Of a stretch of 64,000 bases of DNA, positions 46,286 to 55,376 are shown piece after piece. The notes beneath the pieces are model-generated. The model was not told the origin of the DNA and searched no databases. It saw only the letters and a program-made list of their open reading frames with translations. The DNA lies in contig OX638340.1 in the NCBI GenBank assembly GCA_951812955.1, positions 128,001 to 192,000 on the forward strand. Reading direction: 5' to 3'. This DNA comes from an uncultured Gemmatimonadota bacterium (GTDB lineage: Bacteria; JAAXHH01). Position numbers and translations under genes: made by a program. Each line of letters starts with the position of its first letter. The stretch's first letter is position 1.

Positions 46286-47695
46286 ATGAGCGGGAAACGA
46301 TTGCTAGGAATCACCGTTCTGGCCGACTTCATCCTGAACGAGGGGGTGGAGTCCGTGCTGGACAATCTCGTCGAACGGGCCGGCGCCACAGCCGTGGCGC
46401 TGAACCCCACGGTGACCGCGCCGTCGGAGGAGGGGGCCGGTTCCTTCCAGCCACCCACCGACGCCGGAAGCAGTCCAAGGCTCTTCGATCGTCCCCTGTG
46501 GGGCCGGCGCTCGCTCTGGGTCCGTAGCGCGCCCAGTTATCACCCCCGAACCTCGTACTATGCCGATACTCCGTACAAGCCCCGCGCGCCGAACGAGTTG
46601 ACCGACGAGCATGGCGATCTGGTCGGACGATTCATCGACGCGGCCCTGGACCGGGGACTCAAGGTCTACCTGCAGTTGAGCGGCGCGACGCCACCCGGAC
46701 TCCTGGACGACGACCGGCCGCGACGGCCGGACGGACAACTGCCGGACCGCATGGCCGACACGGGATGTCTCGCCAGCGAGGCGATCCGGGCTTACATCGC
46801 GGCCTACGTGCGCGACCTGTTGGAGCAGTACCCTCGGATTACAGGATTCCGGCCGGACTGGCCCGAGTATCCCTGTTACAAGCTGGACGAAGCCTTTCAG
46901 GATTTCAATCCACAGGTGGCGCACTGGGCGGCGGCCCATGGATTCGACTACGCGTCCATACACCGGGAGGTCCTGGCGGCGTTCGAATATCTGCACGGAC
47001 GGCTCGAGAACGGTGATCTGCTGGACTTCAGCGGTCCCGGCCGGGGCACGGCGACGCTGGCTGAACTGCTCCGTTCCTCACCGGGTATCGTGGAGTGGAT
47101 GCGCCTTAAGTCCGCCCTGTCCAACGACCTGCTGCGCCACTGGAGGACCGTCGTCACGGACCATGGCGGACCCGAAATGGAGCTGTCTGCCAACGCCTTC
47201 ATGCTTCCGCTCACCCTGTGGACGGGCTTCGATTTCCGTGAAGCGGCGAAACTCTGCGACGCCCTGTCTCCCAAGCTGTATACCATGCACTGGTCGGTCA
47301 TGGTGGAATTCTGGGGGCGGGTACTCCTGAAGCACAATCCCGGCCTGGACGAGCGGCTTCTGGTGCGTTCGCTCGCCCATCTCTTCGACCTGGGCGATGA
47401 AATCACGGCCACACGCATCGATCAATACAGGTATCCCGATCCCGACGAGCCCCATCCCATTCCCGACAACGTCCAGAGTCGGCGGATCGAGCAGGTCTGC
47501 GCCGAAGTGAACGGCCGCGCGTTGGTCACCCCGCTGATGCACGGTTACGGCCCGCACCACGACTTCGTCCGGCGTTTCAGGGTGGTGGCGGAAAGCCCGG
47601 CCGATGGCGTATGGATCAATCGTTACGGGTACCTCAGCGACGAAAAGCTGGATGCGGTGGGGCGCATATGGCGGCGAGCAGACCGAGCAACTTGA
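46286..47695 (+). CDS. Hypothetical protein embedded in the sulfatase locus (no family recognised; possibly a TIM-barrel hydrolase-like fold)
   Basis: 469-aa ORF with a coding-like composition. It sits between two sulfatase genes. Confidence 0.5.
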   Translation: MSGKRLLGITVLADFILNEGVESVLDNLVERAGATAVALNPTVTAPSEEGAGSFQPPTDAGSSPRLFDRPLWGRRSLWVRSAPSYHPRTSYYADTPYKPRAPNELTDEHGDLVGRFIDAALDRGLKVYLQLSGATPPGLLDDDRPRRPDGQLPDRMADTGCLASEAIRAYIAAYVRDLLEQYPRITGFRPDWPEYPCYKLDEAFQDFNPQVAHWAAAHGFDYASIHREVLAAFEYLHGRLENGDLLDFSGPGRGTATLAELLRSSPGIVEWMRLKSALSNDLLRHWRTVVTDHGGPEMELSANAFMLPLTLWTGFDFREAAKLCDALSPKLYTMHWSVMVEFWGRVLLKHNPGLDERLLVRSLAHLFDLGDEITATRIDQYRYPDPDEPHPIPDNVQSRRIEQVCAEVNGRALVTPLMHGYGPHHDFVRRFRVVAESPADGVWINRYGYLSDEKLDAVGRIWRRADRAT

Positions 47696-47745
47696 CGGCG
47701 CCTGCTGGACGAGGTGGGCCGCATCTGGCGGCGCACTCGAAAGGA
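47647..47745. repeat. Two imperfect tandem copies (~57 bp) spanning the 3' end and stop of the hypothetical gene
   Basis: Copy 1 encodes LDAVGRIWRRADRAT*. Copy 2 (ctggacgaggtgggccgcatctggcggcgcactcga) would encode LDEVGRIWRRTR. Confidence 0.7.
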
Positions 47746-47750
47746 AACCA

Positions 47751-49277
47751 ATGACCCGGCCCAACATCCTGTTCATCATGACGGACCAGCAGCGCTTCGA
47801 TACCATCGCCGCGCTGGGGAACGACGTCATCCACACGCCTAACATGGATCGCCTGGTGCGCCGGGGCGTTTCCTTTACCCGGGGCTACTCGACCTGCCCC
47901 GTCTGTGTGGCGGCGCGGACGACCATCCGCACCGGTTGTGATCCGCCCACTACCCGCGTATTCAGTAACAGCCGGTCCGCTCCTGTGCCAGGCCAGGCCG
48001 GTACGCTTGAAGGCCGGTGCGGGGACTATCTTGCACGTACCCTGTCGGCGATGGGCTACCGAACCTTCGGCGTGGGAAAGTTCCACACGGCCCCATGGGA
48101 TGAAGACATCGGATATGAATCCCAGCTGCATAGCGAGGAGCTTTACGCCAGCCCGCGTCAGCGTCGGGAGGAAGCCTACGCGGGATGGATTGCGCGGGAA
48201 CATCCGGAATTCGACTATATCGAAGCGCTCATGGGGGAACGGACTGAGATGTACTACATGCCCCAGGCGAGTCCGCTGCCCGCCCACCTGACCTTGGAAT
48301 CCTGGGCGGCCGACCGCTCGATCGAGGCATTGCAGCAACCCGGCGATCGGCCGTTCTTCGGCTTCGTGTCCTTCATCGGTCCTCATCCGCCCTTTGCGCC
48401 GCCTGTACCCTTCAATCGGATCTACGATCCCGACCGTATGCCCGGTCCGGTTCGGGGCGAAAAGGCGGTGGACCACATGGACGAGCAGATACCCTACATG
48501 AACCGGATCATCTGGGCGGACGAGATCAACGATGCCTTGACACGGACTCTAAAGGCCCGTTATTACGGAGAGATCACCTACATCGACGATTGCCTGGGAC
48601 GGATACTGGATGCCGTCGAGGCCAGGGCGGACGCCAATGATACGCTCATCTGCTTTTTCTCGGACCACGGCGACCATCTCGGCGACCATACGGCTTGGCA
48701 AAAGGAGAGTTTCTTCGACGTTTCGGCACGGGTGCCTTTCCTGGTAAGCTGGCCCGCCCGGCTTCCGCGGGATGTCCGCCGAGACGACCTGGTCTGCCTG
48801 ACCGATCTGTTTGCCATCGCCACCCATGCCGCCGGACAGACCCAGGTCCGCGACGGTGTCGACGTACTCGGCGCAATCGAAGGCAGCGTCTCGCCGAGGG
48901 AGCACCTCTTCGGATATTACGGCGAGCCGGGAACGGACCGGTTCAAAATCATGGTCCGAAGCGAAGACTGGAAATACATTTACCTGGCCAACGGAGGTGG
49001 GGAGCAACTCTTCAATACGGCCGAAGACCCCGCCGAGATCGCGAACAGGATCGAGACCGATCGGGACGTGGCGGACGGTCTGTATCGCTGTGCAGTGGAA
49101 GCATGTGGCCATCCAGGCGCTTCCGGTGCCCTGGTTGGCAAGAACCTGAGGTCCTTTCCCTACACCAGGTGGAAGGCCTCGCGGATATACCAGTTCGACC
49201 GCTCGCGGGATGTGCGGGGGTTTCCCGGTCATCCCAGCGAAGTGTTGGGTCCCTGGATCCGTCGCGGCCGCAGATAA
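47751..49277 (+). CDS. Sulfatase with a variant active-site motif C-V-A-A-R-T-T-I-R-T-G (Pro replaced by Ala)
   Basis: ILFIMTDQQRFD metal-binding N-terminus. The motif keeps the R(+4) and TG(+9/+10) spacing but has Ala at +2. The ATG at 47751 is preceded by AAGGAA. The ORF opens at 47604. Confidence 0.85.
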   Translation: MTRPNILFIMTDQQRFDTIAALGNDVIHTPNMDRLVRRGVSFTRGYSTCPVCVAARTTIRTGCDPPTTRVFSNSRSAPVPGQAGTLEGRCGDYLARTLSAMGYRTFGVGKFHTAPWDEDIGYESQLHSEELYASPRQRREEAYAGWIAREHPEFDYIEALMGERTEMYYMPQASPLPAHLTLESWAADRSIEALQQPGDRPFFGFVSFIGPHPPFAPPVPFNRIYDPDRMPGPVRGEKAVDHMDEQIPYMNRIIWADEINDALTRTLKARYYGEITYIDDCLGRILDAVEARADANDTLICFFSDHGDHLGDHTAWQKESFFDVSARVPFLVSWPARLPRDVRRDDLVCLTDLFAIATHAAGQTQVRDGVDVLGAIEGSVSPREHLFGYYGEPGTDRFKIMVRSEDWKYIYLANGGGEQLFNTAEDPAEIANRIETDRDVADGLYRCAVEACGHPGASGALVGKNLRSFPYTRWKASRIYQFDRSRDVRGFPGHPSEVLGPWIRRGRR

Positions 49278-49391
49278 GAGGCGACACGGCCGCAGATAAG
49301 AATCAGGGTGACCGGAGTTTGTCTCGGTTTTCCCCGCAATATCATTCTTGGGAATCCGCGCTCGAATCGACGAAGAGGAAGAGTTCATATC

Positions 49392-50738
49392 GTGAACCCC
49401 GTTGATACATCCACCGCAGTCCCGGCATCGGCCATGCCTTCCGCCGGAGGCGACCCGGTCCCCGTCCCGGCGTTCCACGTGATGATGAAACCCCGGGGGG
49501 CCATCTGCAATCTCGATTGCAAGTACTGCTACTTCCTCGCGAAGGAGGACCTGTACCCGGGCAGCGGATTCCGCATGTCCGAAGACCTGCTCGAAGAATA
49601 CATCCGGCAGTACATCGAGGCCCAGCAGGTACCGGAAGTCACCTTTGCCTGGCAGGGCGGCGAGCCCACGCTCATGGGACTGGACTTCTTCCGCAAAGCC
49701 GTTGAATTCCAGAAAAAACACCAGAAACCGGGAACGCGGCTATTCAACTCGCTGCAGACCAACGGTACGCTCCTCGACCGGGACTGGTGCCAGTTCTTTC
49801 ATGAAAACGACTTCCTGATCGGTCTTAGCCTGGACGGCCCCCGGGCGCTGCACGACGCCTACCGGGTCGACAAGGGCGGCAAACCGACCTTCGACACCGT
49901 AATGCGCGCCGCCGAGATGATGCAGTCCCACGAGGTCGAATTCAACATACTGACCACGGTGCACGCGGCGAACGCGGGGCACCCCGTCGAAGTCTATCGC
50001 TTCATGCGGGACGTGGTGAAGACCCGCTTTATCCAGTTCATTCCTATCGTGGAGCGGGACAACGAGACAGGGTACCAGGAAGGCAACGAAGTGACGAACC
50101 GGTCGGTGACGGGGAAGCAGTACGGCCGGTTCCTGATCGGGATTTTCGACGAATGGGTACGCCGGGACGTGGGGAATATGTACGTGCAGATATTCGACGT
50201 GTCGCTCGCTGCCTGGTCGGGCCAGAGCCCGGGTCTCTGCATATTCATGGAGACCTGCGGCGATGCCCTCGCCCTGGAGCACAACGGGGATCTATATTCC
50301 TGTGATCACTATGTCGAACCGGATTACAAGCTGGGGAATATCGCCGAAATACCCATGATGGATATGGTCCTGTCCGATCAGCAGCGGGCCTTTGGACAGG
50401 CCAAACTGGACACGCTTCCGCAATACTGCCTGTCATGCGACGTGCGGTTCATCTGCAACGGGGGTTGTCCGAAGAATCGTATCATAAACACGCCCGACGG
50501 CGAACCGGGCCTGAACTACCTGTGCGAGGGGTACAAGGCCTTCTTCCACCACATCGACGGTCCCATGCAATTTATGGCCAATGAACTGCGCAACCGGCGG
50601 GCTCCCGCCAACGTGATGTCGTACATCCGCCAGCGCGAATCCGAACTTCGGAAACAGCAGCAGTTTCAATCGGTGGGGCGAAACGATCCCTGTCCTTGCG
50701 GAAGCGGCCTGAAGTACAAGCGGTGCCACGGAAGGTAG
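49392..50738 (+). CDS. Anaerobic sulfatase-maturating enzyme (radical SAM/SPASM), with a C-terminal SEC-C metal-binding motif
   Basis: CNLDCKYCYF (Cx3Cx2C) and SPASM Cys clusters (CLSCDVRFICNGGCP). C-terminal DPCPCGSGLKYKRCHG. GTG at 49392 follows GAGGAAGAG by 8 nt. An alternative ATG lies at 49434. Confidence 0.85.
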   Translation: MNPVDTSTAVPASAMPSAGGDPVPVPAFHVMMKPRGAICNLDCKYCYFLAKEDLYPGSGFRMSEDLLEEYIRQYIEAQQVPEVTFAWQGGEPTLMGLDFFRKAVEFQKKHQKPGTRLFNSLQTNGTLLDRDWCQFFHENDFLIGLSLDGPRALHDAYRVDKGGKPTFDTVMRAAEMMQSHEVEFNILTTVHAANAGHPVEVYRFMRDVVKTRFIQFIPIVERDNETGYQEGNEVTNRSVTGKQYGRFLIGIFDEWVRRDVGNMYVQIFDVSLAAWSGQSPGLCIFMETCGDALALEHNGDLYSCDHYVEPDYKLGNIAEIPMMDMVLSDQQRAFGQAKLDTLPQYCLSCDVRFICNGGCPKNRIINTPDGEPGLNYLCEGYKAFFHHIDGPMQFMANELRNRRAPANVMSYIRQRESELRKQQQFQSVGRNDPCPCGSGLKYKRCHGR

Positions 50739-50806
50739 GACGGCACGCTTGCGTACCGCCCGGTTCCCGCCGGGACTGGGCCTGGACGACCGATCCTCAC
50801 ATCAAA

Positions 50807-51460
50807 TCACATATAGTAGCCGCGTTCCACCGCGAGGGTCAGGGAAAGCTCGATATCCGAGATCGCCCTTGACATGGCCTGGCCGATGAGGTCCAGCTTG
50901 CGCACCTGGTCGATGCGTTCGGTGGCCTGCGCGAGTTCCCGCGAGGACAGGATCTCCTTGAAGAGATTGCACGCGTGGGCGAGGTTGATGATCACGACGT
51001 CGCGCGGACCGGGGATCTTTTCGCTGAACAGCACTTCCATGATCCGGAGCTTGACTTCACGCTCGGCCGTTCCGTCGATGGTGGGATAGCGCCGCGACCG
51101 GAACACCCACAGGAAGTTTCCTTCTTCCCTGCTCAGGATTCCCCGTTCCACGAGCCGGTCGATAGCCGTCTCACGGATGTCGTCGGCACGGTCTACCGCG
51201 TGCTCGATCCAGTACCGTGCCCCATGTGTTTCTGGTGACGCCGCGATGTCCGCCAAAAGGGGGTCGAGGAGACTGTCACCCAAAGGGTTGGAGTCCACGA
51301 GGACCAGCTTGTCGACATCGGTATCGATACGGTTCTCGAGGGCCAGGTCCATCAACACGCCTCCGGCAAGGCCATACCGCAAGAGGCGGTCGGGCACACC
51401 CAGGAACTTCCCGTCGTCGTCGAGCGTCAGCAACATGATCTCTTCCGCGAATCTTAACAT
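50807..51460 (-). CDS. GPP34/GOLPH3-family protein
   Basis: The N-terminal pattern FAEEIMLLTLDDDGKF…GLAGGVLMDLAL matches the GPP34 hallmark (LAEELLLLALDDEKGK…GLAGAAL.EL). Start at MLRF, preceded by AGGAGAG. The ORF opens at 51520. Confidence 0.7.
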   Translation of the reverse strand: MLRFAEEIMLLTLDDDGKFLGVPDRLLRYGLAGGVLMDLALENRIDTDVDKLVLVDSNPLGDSLLDPLLADIAASPETHGARYWIEHAVDRADDIRETAIDRLVERGILSREEGNFLWVFRSRRYPTIDGTAEREVKLRIMEVLFSEKIPGPRDVVIINLAHACNLFKEILSSRELAQATERIDQVRKLDLIGQAMSRAISDIELSLTLAVERGYYM

Positions 51461-51653
51461 CTTCTCTCCTGGTTTGTAATTCGTTTTAGTGCATGCCGCA
51501 GGCGACCCTGGCATCTCCAAAGTTTCTTATGTATCAATAGCCATTCCGAATAGCCATCCTGAATTCACTTATCAAATTGAAGCTTTTTATACGTGTCCAT
51601 TTTCGCGTTTGCTGTCAAGGGAATAAAGCCCTGTCGAAGGCCGTCGGACCGCT

Positions 51654-54014
51654 TCAGAAATGACGTGCCAGTTCCACGCCCCAGTAGGGCGGTTCGTTTA
51701 CGAATCCGGTCAGGTTGTTGAAATCGATACCGCCGGTGAGAGATACGTCGTCGAAGATGTTTCTGCCGACCAGGGAGATCTCCAGTCCGGACCCCCGCGC
51801 CAGGTAGGAGAGGCGGACCCCGCATTCCAAAAGCCGATCGTCCTGAAACTCCACGGATTCGTATAGAAAGAACCGGACCGCGCTGCGGTAGGCCAGATCG
51901 GCCGTGGCCACCAGGTAGGAGCCGTCCGGCAGGATCATGGGGTAGCGCAGGATGGCGTCCGCGATCCACCTGGGTGCCTGGGGCAGGCCGTTGCCGTCTA
52001 TCCTTACCGTGCCGGGCTCCCGCCCCGAGGGATCCAGCACGGTACAAGGAGCGCCACAGCCCTGTACGGCGAGTTCGTCATCTTCTATACGGGTATGATT
52101 ATAGCTCAGTCCGGTCGTAAGGCGCAGCCGGCCCGCCGGTGCGAGGGTTACTTCCGCTTCGAAACCCCTCCCCAGGGTCCGCTCCGCGTTGACCAGCCGG
52201 TTGAAATTGGCTTCGCCGCCTACCGCGGTGAGTTGCTGGTTGTGAAGACGGTAGTGAAATGCGGCCAGGTCGAGGCGAAGCCGGCCGTCCCAAAGGCGCA
52301 TTTTCGTTCCGCCTTCGATGGAATATATGGTCTCATTCCCTGCCACGGAGACCATATCGCCGAACAGCAGGCGTCCTTGTATGCTCGGTGCGCGGAACCC
52401 TCTGGCGGCGCGTATGTAAGTCTGCACGCCGGATGAGACCGTATAACGCATGCTCAGGTCGCCGCTCCACGCGCTGTCGGTGGGACTGCGGTGTATCGGT
52501 CCGATCCCACCGGCCCCGGAGACCGCTGGCGCTTCGACCCTTCTGGCGGTGTAGTCCTTCGCGTCACGGGAAAACCGCAACCCCCCGCCGATCTCCACGA
52601 TATCGCCCAGGTGCAGGGTGGAAGCCAGAAACGCGGCCCAGGCCTCGGCCTCCTGGTGTTGTCGGGTGTATCCGTCCTGCGTTCCACCGGCCAGGGTATC
52701 GTAATTGAAGTCGTCTATGTCGACCGACTCATTCAGGTAGTACAGGCCGAAAAGGTAATCGAGACGCCGGTGTTCCTGGCTGACCAGCCGGATTTCCTGG
52801 CTGACCTGGCGCAGGAAGGGGATGCCCCCCGCCGTTTCGGAAGGAAATGGTATCACGCCCGGACCGCTGGGTGGACTGAATACCGCACCGTAGCCGCCGT
52901 CTATGTCTCCGCGTGAAAAACTCTCGAGCCGTTCCATGCCTGTCAGCGAAACCAGTTCGTGGGTACCCGTCCGGTAGCGTACCTCTACCGTCATGCCATG
53001 GGAATTCAACTCCCGCGTATTTCGTCCATCTATCGCGATGCGGTCGCGGGAGAAACCTTCCGTCAGTCCGCCCCGGTCCGGTGCGATTACGTTGGCGCGG
53101 AACAATCGGGCGGAGCCGTCGAGATCCCGGCCATGGATATTGACCAGCGCTTCAAGATCCGTCACGGGTTTCCAGCGCAACTGAAATCGGCCGGCCAGTT
53201 CCAGGTACCCCCCGAGCGCTGCATTCGGACCATTGTGCTCGTTATCCACCCAGTCGCCCCTCCGCTGCGCCAGCACCGAAAGACGGGCGGTGAGTGCTGG
53301 GGATCCGAGCGGTCCGGATACCGCCCCTTCGAAAGTGGCGCTGTTGAATCGCCCGTAACCCAGGCGGCCGAAACCTTCCGGTTCCTCGGTCGGCCGGGCA
53401 GATTCCAGCTTGACGATACCGGCCGGCGTGTTCCGGCCGAAAAGCGAGCCCTGGGGACCGCGGAGCACCTCGATCCGGGCGAGGTCGAATGCGGGATAGC
53501 CCTTCAACAACGCGTTTTCGAGTACGATGCCGTCGTAGACCACGGAAACAGGCTGCGAAGCGTTCAGGTCGAAGTCCGTGTTGCCCAGGCCCCGGATGTA
53601 AAAGCGGGGGAAAATCCGGCCGTAGGAGGACTCCATATGCAAACTGGGCACCCGGTTCGAAAGGAATCGAAGGTCCATGCCCGATGAACGGAGCACTTCG
53701 GACTTCCCTTGCTGAATCGTGGAAAGGGACAGTGGGACTTCGAATGCGGGTTGTTCGCGTTTCCGCGCGGTGACCACGACCTCTTCCATCAGGATCGGTG
53801 CGCCGGCCGTGCCGCGTGTTTCCGCGTCGTCCGTGGCCTGCCGAGTGTCTGCCGAGGTGCGCGGGTCCGTGTCCTGCGCGGCCGCGTTGTTCGTTGTAAA
53901 TACAAAGATCACAGTCAGGACGGTCAGAACCGCCATTAGAAGAACGGTTTCCGCCTTGCGTCTCCGCGAAGCCTGAACGGAATCGAATATACAGTTCGCA
54001 GTCGGTGTAATCAT
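51654..54014 (-). CDS. TonB-dependent outer-membrane receptor
   Basis: Signal peptide, plug region (VVTARKREQPAFEVPLSLSTI), beta-barrel and a C-terminal …ARHF. The ORF opens at 54257; the start is assigned near MITPTAN and is uncertain. Confidence 0.8.
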   Translation of the reverse strand: MITPTANCIFDSVQASRRRKAETVLLMAVLTVLTVIFVFTTNNAAAQDTDPRTSADTRQATDDAETRGTAGAPILMEEVVVTARKREQPAFEVPLSLSTIQQGKSEVLRSSGMDLRFLSNRVPSLHMESSYGRIFPRFYIRGLGNTDFDLNASQPVSVVYDGIVLENALLKGYPAFDLARIEVLRGPQGSLFGRNTPAGIVKLESARPTEEPEGFGRLGYGRFNSATFEGAVSGPLGSPALTARLSVLAQRRGDWVDNEHNGPNAALGGYLELAGRFQLRWKPVTDLEALVNIHGRDLDGSARLFRANVIAPDRGGLTEGFSRDRIAIDGRNTRELNSHGMTVEVRYRTGTHELVSLTGMERLESFSRGDIDGGYGAVFSPPSGPGVIPFPSETAGGIPFLRQVSQEIRLVSQEHRRLDYLFGLYYLNESVDIDDFNYDTLAGGTQDGYTRQHQEAEAWAAFLASTLHLGDIVEIGGGLRFSRDAKDYTARRVEAPAVSGAGGIGPIHRSPTDSAWSGDLSMRYTVSSGVQTYIRAARGFRAPSIQGRLLFGDMVSVAGNETIYSIEGGTKMRLWDGRLRLDLAAFHYRLHNQQLTAVGGEANFNRLVNAERTLGRGFEAEVTLAPAGRLRLTTGLSYNHTRIEDDELAVQGCGAPCTVLDPSGREPGTVRIDGNGLPQAPRWIADAILRYPMILPDGSYLVATADLAYRSAVRFFLYESVEFQDDRLLECGVRLSYLARGSGLEISLVGRNIFDDVSLTGGIDFNNLTGFVNEPPYWGVELARHF

Positions 54015-54287
54015 ATCGGCTCGAATGAAAATGTGAGTATGCGGAAAGTTCAGATCGAGTATTTTTCGAGCAATTATGGATAGCGCGGGTACGTGCGTGA
54101 TTGGCATCGAAACGGACGGCAATTTGACGAGTCCGGCTCGTCCTGTCAAGCGCAACATCTCGAACGCGGAAAGCCCATTCATTCCTTCAGCCAGGTGCGA
54201 TTCGGTCCACTGAATTCGCTTGTAAGCAGACCTTTGTGAAGGTATTTTTCGCCACAAACCTCCCTGCTCATGAATAGGAGACTAAAC

Positions 54288-55238
54288 ATGATATCGAAGT
54301 CAGCCATCCTCGCATCGGTTCTGTGCATGCTGGCATACCTTTCCTTCCCGACGGATTCTTCCGCAATGGCCGGGGAAAACCGCAGCCGCCAGGGGTTCTA
54401 CTTCGTGTTGCAGGCCGGCGTATCCGTTCCCGGCGATTTCGAGTCCACGCGAACGAACACCGACAGTGTTCCCACGAATTGCGATCAGTGGCTTCCCGGT
54501 GAGACACTGAACGATGGAACCAGGGTTCCCCTTCCGCTTTCCGAGTGCTCGACCCGAACGTTTCTTGCAAGCCCCAACCAGTTCGACCTGGGATCCGGTG
54601 TTATGGCTGGAGTCCAGATTGGTTATGCCCTTAGGGCCCTGCGCGTCGAAGGCGAGTATTTTCGCAGAGGACAGAGCGGAGCGCTCCTGCCATTGGTTAT
54701 ACCGGGGGATGAGAAACAGGCGGAATTCGTCGAGCGCAGCGAGAAGATCAGCGATTTCCGGTCAGATCACCTTTTTGCCAATCTCTATTACGACTTTAAC
54801 GGCATGCTGTCGCCAGATGCTCTGCCCTACCTGGGTGTGGGGATCGGGATGGCCAGGCAGCAGTTCTTCTATTCGGCCGTGTCCGTTCGGACGAACGACC
54901 GGGACAGAATGCGGCAACTCGGACGGAACTCTCACGCGGCCGGCCTGGCATCACTCGCCGATGCCACGCTCTCCGACAGGATATTAACGTTCCAGTTCCT
55001 CGCCGGCGTCGACTACGCCATGGGCGAGTGGTTTTCGGCCGATCTGAAACTGAGGTACGGCAGGACCGGTGAGTTTCTGGACGGCGAGAACACCTGGAGA
55101 CTGCTGCGCGGGCACGAATCCACCGTGGGACCGACTTCCGAAACCGGCTCCGATATGCCGGTTTTATACGAAATCAAGGGAAGCCCCGCTCAATTCTGGG
55201 GTATATCCCTGGGCCTGCGGTATCAAATCGGAGGCTAG
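54288..55238 (+). CDS. Outer-membrane beta-barrel protein (OmpA-like/porin family, probable)
   Basis: Signal peptide MISKSAILASVLCMLAYLSF. Alternating amphipathic beta-strand pattern. RBS AGGAGA lies upstream of the ATG at 54288. Confidence 0.5.
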   Translation: MISKSAILASVLCMLAYLSFPTDSSAMAGENRSRQGFYFVLQAGVSVPGDFESTRTNTDSVPTNCDQWLPGETLNDGTRVPLPLSECSTRTFLASPNQFDLGSGVMAGVQIGYALRALRVEGEYFRRGQSGALLPLVIPGDEKQAEFVERSEKISDFRSDHLFANLYYDFNGMLSPDALPYLGVGIGMARQQFFYSAVSVRTNDRDRMRQLGRNSHAAGLASLADATLSDRILTFQFLAGVDYAMGEWFSADLKLRYGRTGEFLDGENTWRLLRGHESTVGPTSETGSDMPVLYEIKGSPAQFWGISLGLRYQIGG

Positions 55239-55310
55239 CGGGGGCGGCCGACCGCGTAAATGGTTGACGCGGATCGGTGAGGCCGTGGTCGGAGGCGTCC
55301 ACGGTAAGGA

Positions 55311-55359
55311 TAAAAAAAGGCGCCGAAACAGATTGCTCCGGCGCCTTTGTCGTTTTTTT
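55311..55359. terminator. Bidirectional Rho-independent terminator between the convergent OMP and cspA genes
   Basis: A-run, then a GC-rich hairpin GGCGCCG-(12-nt loop)-CCGGCGCC, then TTTGTCGTTTTTTT. It reads as a terminator in both orientations. Confidence 0.7.
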
Positions 55360-55376
55360 CGGGGAACTTTGCCGCT

